From NCBI GenBank assembly GCA_965235115.1, contig OZ249440.1, positions 11,470,001 to 11,534,000 of the forward strand: 64,000 nt of DNA. The letters run 5' to 3'. The DNA comes from Laetmonice hystrix (lineage: Eukaryota). Made by a program: the position numbers and the translations under genes. Position 1 is the stretch's first letter. Each line of letters starts with the position of its first letter. The notes under the pieces were generated by a model, which ran no database searches, was not told the origin of the DNA, and saw only the letters and a program-made list of their open reading frames with translations. Shown here one piece after another: positions 27,942 to 56,780 of the stretch.

Positions 27942-29985
27942 GCTATCTCCCCGGTACTCCCTTTGCCCGGCGTATGTAGATACGATTGCACCAGTGCATT
28001 GTTGGAACACGATTTGTGGTCCCACAATCCCGAACCATCCAGAGTACGAATTTTCTATATAGAGCCTCTAGAAGGGTCAATTTCTTGAGAGCCAAAATTG
28101 GACTTCTCGCACTCTGTTGTGACTGCACAATGTTGACACCAGTGCTGGGATGAGCCCATCTCGCACTCCCAGGGAAGTAGTCCTAATGACGACGCATAAC
28201 GCATGTAAACAAACGCCTCATTGTGCGTCATCAAGTAGTGCCACACACAGATACTCTCACAGAATCTATATTTCTCACGATTTATTTTACATATCTAATA
28301 AAGGCTATTAAAAGTCGAGAGTGAGGGGCGGGTCAAGGGATTGCCGCTTGAAATGAATGTGGGGTAATGAAGGAGCGATAGTATAGGTGGCGCTCAAGTC
28401 GGTCAAAACGTAAAATTCCGTATTATTGGGGTCGCATTATCTCAATGCGCCCTCATCATATTTGAATTAAATCTTTTCCTCAGGCAGCCCCGTATGTCTA
28501 CTAACTGTCCTATAAAGATTATAGTGGGGTTTCAGCTGTATTAACCCTCTTCTGACCGTCACAATGTGGTAAACAATGAACAATGACTGACGTGCCAGTC
28601 GACAGAGACATCTGTTGTTGAATTGCGTAACTAAACAACGCGTTTACTGTGCACGGTGTCACATATTCTCACACTCGAGTCCTTTCGGCAATCTTCGGCA
28701 ATCTTCGTTCGTGTGTGAAAAGCACTCTCGCAGATTACACTCACGGCCCGATTAGGAGCATTCGCGCCACCTCACTCGTCACACTCGTTAGATTACTACA
28801 ACGTGGATACAAAGTAGTGCATGCACATCAGTAAAATGGCTGATATTGTTGAACAGGTCTTGAATTAAACTTACGCTGGTTGACTGTCTTGAGCTTAACC
28901 GCCGCCGGTTTGACTGGTGTCACGCGGGATGCCATGTTTTCCATGTGCTACGGTGAAAGTAGTTCGCCGCGGTGTCCTCTTTACCCCCTGCGGCTTGCCC
29001 AGAGTCCCGTGCAGGATCTGTGAGCGTTCATTTCAGCAAATGGGCGCGAATGTGAGCGTGACATATACCTGTGGAATAATGGTCAGAAAAAGGTTCATCC
29101 CGATTTAGTTAGAAATTCGCCCGATAAATTTCAGTACCTTGCCGATATAGCCTACCTCAGGGTCCAGCCGCACTGGAAAACACCTCACAAGACATAGACC
29201 TCTAACCACCCACAAATCATCTGGCCTTGCAGAGATCTGTTCAACATTTCTGAAAGAGCCACTGGAAGCCGATTGTCACGTCGTATGGGCATCGGCGATG
29301 CATCGCCGACAGTGCCACGATTCGTGTGAAAAATCGTAGTAGTAGATTTTCACTGCCGACTCGGAGTCGGCCCCAATCGCCGGGAATCGCCGACAGAAAT
29401 CACCAGATGTGTCCCGGCCTTCACTAAACTTCAGATATACGGGTACAAAGTTATATTAATGAAATAATTACCGGTATTATCTGAACATGTCATGGTTGCA
29501 CGATTAACAATAGAGACGGCGGCTAAACATGATACAAGCCTATTTCTAATACAATAGAATAATCATGATAAATTACCTGTTTCGCAGGTATAAATTTTGC
29601 AAATTGGTCACAAGCATGTCCTATTCAAAATGTGACAGATATATCTGGTTTTGGATGGGGGTGTTCTGTTATCCATTGTTATCCTCGACCAATGTAGCAG
29701 GCCTATACCTTTTCAGACTTAGACAATTTTCGGCCACTTCGGGAATAGGACAGGTAAGTGGGGGAATTAAGGTACATGTATATGCTTGGGTATAGTATTT
29801 TAAAAGATCGATCAACCCTACATCCACCCCGGTGATCAAGAAATGAATATTGAAAGAAAAGGCATGCTCACCTATAGTGTAATAACTTTGAGCTTTTTAA
29901 CTGCAATGTTGTTTCGTTTTATTTTCTAATTTTGATTGTACTAAAATAGTAAGGTTGGACACAGTACAGGGCAACTGTTCACCAG

Positions 29986-30123
29986 GGCCCAGTTCCTAAG
30001 AACTTAAGATCTTGCTTAAGTTCAAGCTTAACACTTCTGATTGGCTGGTCTAAGCCATTCAGAATCATTAAGCTTAAACTCAAGCAAGCTCTTTACGTGT
30101 ATTAAGGTTTTAGGAACTGAGCC
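29986..30123. mobile_element. Harbinger-like MITE (CAG TSD), duplicated with the BHMT 5' segment
   Basis: CAG|GGCCCCAGTTCCTAA...TTAGGAACTGAGCC|CAG. Confidence 0.7.
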
Positions 30124-30287
30124 CAGCATAGGCCTATACAGGTCAGTTGATTTTCCGGGTTAGGGGTAGGATAGCTATTGGGTGACATGCCTCCCCTATT
30201 CTGCCACCCTCTCTCCCTATCTTTGCCACCCCGCAGCCATGACGACCAAGGAGATTCTGAGCGCCTGGTTACGCCAGAGCCGGAAGG

Positions 30288-31013
30288 TTCACTAACGGTG
30301 ACATCCCCGCGACATCCCCGATTTGGGGACACCCCAATTCAAAGTGTTCCACTAAAATGTCCCTCGCTGGGGACATCCACAATTCAGGCAATGTTAAAGG
30401 GGCATATTATGAGGAAATGTTAAAAATCGGTATTTCATAGAACTTTTGCTGTTTTCATAAAGAGATCCTTCATTAAAATTGCTTGGTAAACAAAGACAGA
30501 CTTATCAATTTTATTTTGCGTGAGAAATCGAAGTTTATTAAGCTCCCTTGCCCGCTTCTCCGCCGATTTCGTAAAATATTTTTTGGGTGGCATTCTGATG
30601 CCGGGTGATCGAGTGCCCCTACTGAATTGTTTACAACTAAGCAAATCACGTGACTAAGCACATGCAGAGAGTGCACACACAGGATGTGACACAGTATGCA
30701 ATTACCCGGGTTGATGGGAGGTTGTCCGCCAAATTATGGCGGGAGATGTGCTATCGGGAGAAATCTATAGGTTTGGTCGTATAGAACCTACTTGTGCTGC
30801 GTACGCAGCGAAAAACACGTCGGAGGACAAAATGCTGTGGTAGGATTATTTACTTGGATCCCTAGTACACGGTCATGTTGGATAATAATTATTGCCGGAA
30901 ATCCTCAAAAACGTGTTTCATAGTATGCCCCTTTAATTTCAAGGACATTTTAGTGAAACGGGATGTCTCTGAATGGTGAATGTCCCCACTTGGGGATGTC
31001 CTCGCTTAGTGAA
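30288..31013. mobile_element. TIR element inserted in the BHMT pseudo-exon
   Basis: TTCACTAA...GACATCCCC at the left end, GGGGATGTC...TTAGTGAA at the right end; exon sequence resumes at 31014. Confidence 0.7.
30398..30932. mobile_element. Kolobok-like non-autonomous element (TTAA TSD) nested in 30288-31013
   Basis: TTAA|AGGGGCATATTATGA ... TCATAGTATGCCCCT|TTAA; TTAA TSD with AG...CT termini is the Kolobok pattern. Confidence 0.78.
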
Positions 31014-32317
31014 ACTCCCGAAGCCGTTTTGGAGCAGGTCTCTATCTTCAGAAGAACTCCTATAACAAGTAGATTTAGGCCCTAGTTGTTTGGACTTACA
31101 CTATCTTTATTATTACGATGACTCGAAACCTAAATAGGCCTTTGCATACATTTCAGTTTCTGAAGTCGGTATAGCGCCGATTATAAAGGGATCATTAAAG
31201 TTTACCACCAGCTTCTATGTTATATTTACCATTGTCATCTTGTTTTGGTTGCTCTCAGAGCAGACAAATCATTACACATATTATCGCCCACGGCCATAAT
31301 AATGGGAGGTAAATTACTCAGGCGATTTCAAATTTAAATGCATGTGTTTAGGGATTTGAAAGTTATTCCACGAGGACTGGTCGGCCTTTCATTGACCGTG
31401 CTGTTCAATGATCAACCTGCCAATCCGGACCCAAAGTGTTTTTGTTAACCCCGATTTTTGTAAAACATGAGTGTAAACAGTGCGTTATTTTAACCATAGG
31501 AAATCTTCACTGAGATTGCATTATTTGATGTCTTTTTTAAAATTTCCCAGAGGAACATGGCCTAAGCCTATCTGTGAGGTACCTAAACTTAGGACCCCCC
31601 CCCCCCCAATTTCTGGATACGCTGCGTGGGAAGGTGGGTTTACCGGCCTATATATACCACCACCTCCCGCCCCGCCCTGTAGAAACATTGCAACTTTACC
31701 TGCATGATGTTAAGATGTTAGGAAATTTATACAATAGACCCCTGAGCGTCGTCTTAATTAATTGTATCTCCAGACTCATGCAGACCCAATCGAATGAAGG
31801 TGTTTGTATTTAGTTTTTCATCACCGTTTTGAGAGCGCTTGCAGTAGCCTAGCTATTTTGTACCGACATAGATAGCACAGATGTCTAAAGACCTTGATCC
31901 TCGGTCGAGCAATACGTGACCCAAGATAAGATTATAGAGAGGCAGGAAGAATGGCAATTCTCGCTTGATTAGATTAACCACTGATACACACACTAGTACG
32001 TAAGAGTCATTTAAATGGATCACGCCATCGTGTGGCAAGCGCAGTAAGGAACCGCGCGTCTGCTGATTCCTCATACGGGTCGATTCATTGTTAAGAGTAA
32101 GTAGGCCTATATAACAAGTTTGGTTAGTATTTTAAAAGATCGAGCAATCCTACATCCACACCGGTGATTAAAAAAATGAATATTGAAAGAAATGGCATGC
32201 TCACCTACTGTAATAATTTCAAGGTTTTTAACTGCAATGTTATTTTTTTTGTGTTTTATTTTCTAATTTTGATTGTACTAAGATAGTGAGGTTGGACACA
32301 GGGCAACTGTTCACTAG

Positions 32318-32433
32318 GGCCCAGTTCCTAAAAACTTAAGATCTTGCTTAAGTTTAAGCTTAACGCTTCTGATAGGCTGGTCTAAGCCATTCAGAATCAC
32401 TAAGCTTAAACTTCAGTTTTTAGGAACTGGGCC
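32318..32433. mobile_element. Harbinger-like MITE upstream of BHMT exon 1
   Basis: TAG|GGCCCAGTTCCTAAAAAC...GTTTTTAGGAACTGGGCC|CAG. Confidence 0.72.
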
Positions 32434-32538
32434 CAGCATAGGTCAGTTGATTTTCTGGGGTAGGGGTAGGATAGCTATTGGGTGACATGCCTCCCCTATT
32501 CTGCCACTCTCTCTCCCTATCTTTGCCACCTCGCAGCC

Positions 32539-35500
32539 ATGACGACCAAGGGGATTCTAGAGCGCCTGGCTGAGGGGCCCGTTGTTGGAGATGGAAGTTA
32601 CGTCATAACCCTCGAGAAACGCGGTTACGTCAGAGCCGGAAGCTGGACTCCCGAAGCCGTTTTGGAGCATCCCGAAGCAGGTCTCTATCTTCAGAAGAAC
32701 TCTTATTGTTTGGACTTACACTATCTTTATGATATTACGATGACTCGAAACTTAAATATAGAGTCTACATTTCAGTGTCTGAAGTCGGTATAGCGCCGAT
32801 TATAAATGGATCATTGAAGTTTACCACCACCTTCTCTGTTTTATTTACCATTGTCATCATTTTCTGGTTGCTCTCAGAGCAGACAAGTCATTACACATAT
32901 TATCGCCCACTACTCAGGCGATTTCAAATTTAAATGCATGTGTTTAGGGATTTGAAAGTTATTCCACGAGGACTGGTCGGCCTTTCATTGACCGTGCTGA
33001 TCAATGGGTATGCATCTTTAATATTGTATTCAGGATGTTTCTTAAATTGACAAACATTTCAGTGCGACAATTACACAGGGAGTTCCTACGGGCCGGAAGT
33101 GACGTCATACAGGCGTTCACCTTTCATGCACTGGACGATGACTTGTCTTCCTACTCAAAGTCTTACAAGGTGTTTGGAGCAGTTTTTTTTTACTTGTTAA
33201 TCGCACATAGCCTTTACTGGATGCGGTGGGGGGGGGGGGGGGGGTTGCAGGGGTGTGGGTGGGGGTGGGGGTGTTTTAGGGGGTCTACCTCAGCCGCCTC
33301 TACACTACCGTATAGAGGCAGGAATCCAAGGTTAACATTAACATTATTGCCACGTCCCCCGTCGGCCCGTATTGAGGATTGCCCTGTCGGATCTTGCATA
33401 CACAGGGAGCTCTTATGTCCCATTCTGAATCATCTGTGCGCCCAGCGCGAATAAACGACTCGTCCAGGATGTCTATGAGTCGGAAACATTCTCCGCGCTT
33501 TACCAATGTTTCTTGTCGTTGTTGTTAATCCACAAGGCTGTCATTCTATTTATAGTGACCAATCGTAATATCTTTTGTGTAGTGTCAGGACATTAACGAA
33601 GCAGCGTGTGACCTCGCAGATGAGATTGCTCGTCCAGTAGGAGCATTGATTTGTGGTGGCATTAGTCCTACAACAAGGTCCTTTGGCGAGAGGTCTGACC
33701 TTGGAAAACAGGAAGTTCAGGCACAGTTCCGTAAAGGAGTCGAGGTTTTGGTCAAACGCAAGGTGGACTTCCTGCTTGGTGAGGTAAGCAATCTCATTTA
33801 TACACATCATAAAAAATAGACGAATACAGCAAGTTGTTGAGTGTGGTGAATGTGACATAGTGAAGTAGACCCTATAGATGGGTATAGGCACCAGGCACGT
33901 GGAAGATGTGAGCTTCAATTGAAATAATTCTTTCAGTTTTTCAGTGACGTACAAGAAGCGGAATGGGCGGTTGAAGTCATGAAGAATAATAAACTTCCGG
34001 TGGCGTTGACCATGCGCATGGGCCCTACGGGCGATATCCATGACGTACCGCCCGGGGAGTGTGCTGTCAGGATGGTAAAAGCCGGTACGTCATCGAATAT
34101 CCAGGTTATTCATCGAATATCCATGTTTGTCACAATTCTCAATATTGGAGTACATGTACATGTAAGTCGGAATAAAAAGGAAGTGTGTCTTGAGCCTTGC
34201 CGTCGAGGACCGTGTTTGTCCAAACTAAAGTTATAACTTAAACTTCACGCCTCTGAAACGATAAGCTTAAGGATAAACAATAACTAAAGTTTGGACAAAT
34301 CGGGTCCAGGTTCTCTCCAACATTGAGCTGTCTGGTAGAAATCACAATTAAATCCTTCCAACTGGTAAATTAATGTAAATATGAATTATGCGTGGATGAT
34401 TTTGCCAATCTGGATCAATGTACATAATTATGCATGGATGAGTGAACGTATTAAGTATAAAGAAGTGTACACACTTCGTCCGACAAAGATACCGTCGCCG
34501 ATCCTGTCGATCCTTCCCCAGGGATATGACTGTGCCGGGCTTCTTTTCGAAAAACTTTTCTTTTATAAAAACTGAAATAAGACCACAAATGACTCAGATG
34601 GCAAAACCTGCTGCTACCAGGAAGCAAGCCAAAGCTTTAAAAAACTGACAGAGCGTTACTACGTAATGGTGTATCTCAAACAATGACTAAATTTTTAATA
34701 AACTAGATAGGAAATGTGATATCATGAAAAAATGTTGTCTCATGATAAGGTTGCACATTCTAGTCACTCCAAAACTGTCCTCAGGTGCTCCCAGAAGAGA
34801 CCAAACTCCAAAAATTCCGCGACCCGACCCCCCCCCCCCGACAGAATTGTGGTTGGGATAAATGCCCTTTAAAATAATTATTTTCAGATGTTTTTCTTTT
34901 CAAGTCAGTCACATCCCTCTTCCCATGCGTTGATCGCACTGCGGTGCGGTCTCGGTAGCAATGTTTCCAAGGTATTACAAAATAGGCATCATAGTCTGCC
35001 ACGGTTAACGCTCCAGAATAAAGGAGTCGCGAAAAGTAACCAAACGATTGCCCTTCTCTCTATTGACTGGATTAGGTGCCGACATGGTGGGTTTGAACTG
35101 TCAGTACGACCCCACCACGTGTATTGAAGTGATTCAAATGATGAAAGCGGCCCTGGAGGAGGCCGGGCTTGCGCGCCCACTCATGCTCCAACCTGTTGGT
35201 TTCCACTGCCCAGATGTCGTCAGCTCTAAACATGGTTACCACGCGCTCTCTGAGTACCCATTCGGTAATTGATGACATATTGTCCGCCTGATTCAGTGGT
35301 AGAAGTCGTCAGCGACCTAGGCCTATATTGATCTTCAGCAAGCGTTTGATAGAGAACTTAACCTAAGGCAACATCGATCTTAAACGAGCGTTTGATAGTC
35401 TGATATACTCGCTTTCGAATTTCTGTTATTGGGACTGAATATTTATCATGTTGTGGTAGATCTCTCATTATGTTGACTTGATAGGACATGGTATAATCCC

Positions 35501-36250
35501 CCGGTACCCCCTCTTTAATTCCTCAGCGCTAGAGCCCCGACTGTTGACCCGGTGGGACGTTCGGCGTTACGCGCGGGCAGCCTATGATGTTGGCGTCCGG
35601 TATTTTGGAGGGTGTTGTGGCTTCGAACCGTATCACATCAGAGAGATTGCTGAGGAGGTATAAGAACCTACGAGACTTTCCTGTTTCAGATATATTTGTT
35701 AGGACTTTCACTTCTTCACATGTCCCGTTTTACATTTACATAGAGTTTTCATTCAATAATGCAAGCCCATAGCCTGGCCCAAATACGCGGGGGGGGGGGG
35801 GGGGGGTGCGTGCGTCCTGAGCAAGTACCACCTATAGGTGTCGATAACGGTGTTAATGTTGGGGATTCCATTAAAAACACTGGAAATCTGCCGCAGCTGC
35901 CCCCCCCCCCCCCCCAGCTATGGGCCTGTAATCGTACAGTTGGTCCTTGTATCGATTTTTATATGAAAACATATCTATAATATAGACATAGAACATACCT
36001 CTATGTTTGGGATAAAACGAGTAATGTACTGTTTGTATAGCTCTCCTCTGAGCGTGGACGCCGGCCTCCTTCACAGGACGTGAACGAACCGTACGGAGGC
36101 GGATTGGCTGAGTCTAGGTCGGCGGGAACACGACAAAAGTATCAGATTTATGCTCTATCTCTCTCTCTCTCTGCTTCTGTCTGTCAGTCTGTCTGTCTCC
36201 GTCTCTCTCTTTCGTTCTGTCTCTATCTCTCTCCTGTCTCTCTCTCTCTC

Positions 36251-36287
<37 letters not shown>

Positions 36288-36602
36288 CCCTTCCTCGCTC
36301 GCTCTCTCGGCCTTTCAGCTCTACCTGGCTCTTTCTTTTTGCAAGGAAAACCTCTGTACATTCACTTTGCAGTTATTCCGTATCCGATTACAAAAATGAT
36401 GAAAACATTAGTCTTGACCACAACATGATTGTGGATTGGCTCATCGATATCCATGCCCCGCCATATACACGCCGTTCTCTCCAGCCAAGTATACCCTTGT
36501 TGTTTCATCTAAAGGCATGGCCGTTCCTATTGGATGGATATGACACCGACCACTGGCCGCCCGTTTTCAGCAACCTTCGCCCGCGCCGACACAATCCCGT
36601 GA
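32539..36602 (+). CDS. BHMT: Betaine-homocysteine S-methyltransferase family protein (Zn-dependent Hcy methyltransferase), 8 coding exons, 367 aa
   Basis: Hand-spliced GT-AG exons 32539-32680, 33063-33169, 33583-33783, 33937-34084, 35076-35264, 35527-35657, 36041-36138, 36515-36602 total 1104 nt with consistent phases. Translation contains [52 protein letters not shown] and [12 protein letters not shown] (three Zn-ligand Cys) and [13 protein letters not shown], collinear with vertebrate BHMT. Symbol is family-level; exact orthology not established. Confidence 0.92.
36146..36305. repeat. (CT)n microsatellite in BHMT intron 7
   Basis: Direct reading. Confidence 0.9.
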
Positions 36603-39108
36603 TACTATACTGTCTACAGCTGCAGGATTGCCACATATTGGTCAGCGTCCGTGAGAAACTTGATATTTTGGTCAAGTTACCAATGAAGCTTCCTAAGGGG
36701 CGGACCATTTGACACGGGGGGGGGGGGGCTATTGATTTTCTTCAAGAGCTTCGCTATGGCCATTAAGCCTAGTGAAACTATCCCCCCCCCCCCCCATTTC
36801 GACTATACTATGTATTTTTGTATTTTTACATATGGAACGAACTATTTGTTTATGTAGTTTGATAAACAAACCTTTTTTTCTGTGTTTGGTGAACAGAATT
36901 TGTTTTTTCAAGAAAACCCATAGCCCCCGCCCCTTCCCACGTATCAAATTTTCCACACCTATACCTTGTTGCAACATTGTATGTCAGTGATCAGTACTTA
37001 GAATTTTACGTTCAAATTACGGCAAAGAATCAGTTGAATATAGCATTTTCCTCCTAGTTCCCCAGTCAATACAATCAACAATAATTATTGCCTGCAATGG
37101 CTCACAGCGTGGCCTATGACGCACTGTGATGCCAAGACCAGAATCGGCCTTGGAATATAAAAACCTTGCGTGATTGTACTTTGTACTCACTGGTAGGCTA
37201 CTCATTGTATCCATGAAGCAGTGTTGAGATTATAGCAGACAGCGGTTTATTTATTGCAGATATGAGACCCTTGACTAGGCATAGAAATTGATACGGCGAT
37301 ATATGTGTACACATCCGTGATTATATGATAAGTGCTACTTGGATCTCCTCTTGCTAAAAACAGTGGGGGTTTTTTAATGTTACAAAGGAAAATGGTATGG
37401 TATACAGAACTACAACTCAAATATAGGCCTACTCTGTACGTCTGGCTGTATGAAATAAAGACGCGGACAAGGCAATATGCACAGAGCCTTAACAATGTTC
37501 ATGAGACAACAGATAAAGATTCACATTACAGCATAATATTCATGAGGACTGCAGATCCACAGTCAAGATCAACATTCCATGGAAGACAAATACGCTTATA
37601 GTTGGAAAATTATGCTAAAAGGAAATTATCCTAGGTAAATATTAGGAAACGGAAAATTACTGCAGGAAGCAATTGGCTCTTGTTAGCTTTACTTTTTAGT
37701 TTTTGTTCACTATAGTGGATTTTCTGACTTATCTCAATTTCAATTATGATAAACTGAGAAGCTATACGTCAAGACCAAACAGAACCAAAGGGCTGAAGAC
37801 GTTCACAATTGTTTAGATCTATATATACGTCGCGTAAGATGCGGTTTATAGACTCTACGGCAATTTAGTATTGCATGTCTTCTGTTATTGGCGCACTGTA
37901 CTGTTTGGCCTCACAGTATTGTTTGCTTGCATACAACGGTAACCATGCACTAGTGTAGGGACGCCTATATCTCATGTTTCCATGCCTTTATTGTCCAAGA
38001 GGCAGGCCATACGTTTAGTCGACTGCATCTATAATCTGTATCCCCGACAGACTTTCTGTAAGCTGTCGTCCCACAACGTTGTCAGGTAGTCCCAATGGCA
38101 ATTTGCCGTAAAGGTTTAATTAACAATGGCAAATGAAATAGTTGTAGGCCTACGCCTTTTCTACATCAGATATCCCATCCCCAAGTAAAAAAAAAAAGAT
38201 TACAGAGATGTTGCAGGCAAACGCCACCGTGCTGTACTGAAGCGGCGCCTCCGACTGCATTGCCACCTTCCGGCTACCGGTGGAATCACTACGTAGATCT
38301 AGATCTAGATAGGCCTACCTGGCCGGGCTGGCGGGAACCTGTGGCGCTCAGCAGAGAGATAGGATTCTGCAATGATTTAGGCCTAAGCGAAACTTGCCAC
38401 ATATTTGATACGTCAAATTTAAATTACGCCCCAAAATTATCATTTTTTTGGTCAGATGTTATACGACCTCTCCATGCGCCGGCCCTCTAACGTGGAGATG
38501 CCATCTAGCGGCACAGAGCTGTCTCACAGCAATCGAGTGACAGGGCCATTTGTTGGCTACGAAGGATAGACAGACAATACATATGTAGTAGGTCTAAGTA
38601 TACTGAGAATCGTGTAACAACAGAAATTGAAAGAGGAAAGTAGGGGATGGACGAAGGAAGAAATGGCCGGTGTTAATTGACTTGGCTCTAGGCCTATTGC
38701 ATGGTTGGACACAGCAAAGACGTTCGAGATAATTAGGCTATAGATCTTATGTTCCTAGTAAACGGGATCTAGCCTATAGGCCCTAGGCCTAGCTCTCGAG
38801 TGGTCATGCGCCCCCCCTCTGATTCTCTAACCTGCCATCTCGGACGTCACACGTCATAGGCCTAATCTAGGCAGGCCTACTATAGGCCTACTGGATAACA
38901 ATTTCCCGCGCTCATGCAGCGAGTAGCCGCCCCCCCCCCCCCCCCCCCCCAACCTATAGCCTATAATAAATATACTATAGTCTAGGCCTAATACCAAGGA
39001 CCTAAGTACCTAGGTCTAGTTAATTTGGTAAAATGTTGACAAGGGAAGAAATGACTAAATGCAGTTTAGACCTACAAGAAATAATGGAACAGATGGGGTG
39101 TCATGCCG

Positions 39109-39123
39109 AGAACCTTCTAGAAT
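39109..39123. promoter_or_regulatory. Canonical three-unit heat shock element upstream of HSPA9
   Basis: AGAAC-CTTCT-AGAAT = nGAAn nTTCn nGAAn, ~370 bp before the ATG. Confidence 0.55.
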
Positions 39124-39381
39124 TCTCAATGAAGCATGCAGTGTGGACTTGGACTGATGCAAGTGCGTCTATTTACCGGAACGGTCATTTATAATTAATT
39201 GCGTCCCTTTAGGTTACCTATTTATACTACTAGTATTTTACCGCTCCAAATAAAAAAGTAAGGAAAATTATAAAATAATTTGTTGATATGCATAGAGAGT
39301 ATTACCTATCTCGATGACGGAAAATTAATCTTTAATTGTACAGTAGTGTCCCGTTCGGTTCCGTTCGCGCCATACGTTGCG

Positions 39382-39428
39382 ACGCATGCGCATCAGCCCG
39401 GCCTCGTGACCTCATTGCATCACACGTG
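39382..39428. promoter_or_regulatory. NRF1-like site and E-box in HSPA9 proximal promoter
   Basis: ACGCATGCGCA (39382-39392, near GCGCATGCGC) and CACGTG (39423-39428) in a CpG-rich stretch 65-110 bp before the ATG. Confidence 0.4.
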
Positions 39429-39492
39429 GAGTCACGAAGGTGGAAGGTAGGGCCTTTCGTGCACAAAATCGCCATCAGTACACACCGTCAGG

Positions 39493-56780
<17,288 letters not shown>

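Larger units (their letters stand above)
30239..31050 (+). pseudogene. Decayed duplicate of BHMT first coding exon
   Basis: ATGACGACCAAGGAGATTCTGAGCGCCTGG at 30239 matches the functional exon at 32539 but has a 1-nt frameshift, a ~54-nt internal deletion, a ~10-nt deletion before the donor, and a 726-bp insertion (30288-31013). Flanking sequence ~29793-31407 matches ~32125-33005. Confidence 0.85.

Noticed and set aside
33550-34041. 163-aa minus-strand ORF
   Set aside because: Antisense shadow of BHMT exons 3-4.
38200-38340. GC-rich two-hairpin sequence on the minus strand ending in ACA
   Set aside because: No ANANNA hinge and hairpins too short for an H/ACA RNA; no recognisable ncRNA family.
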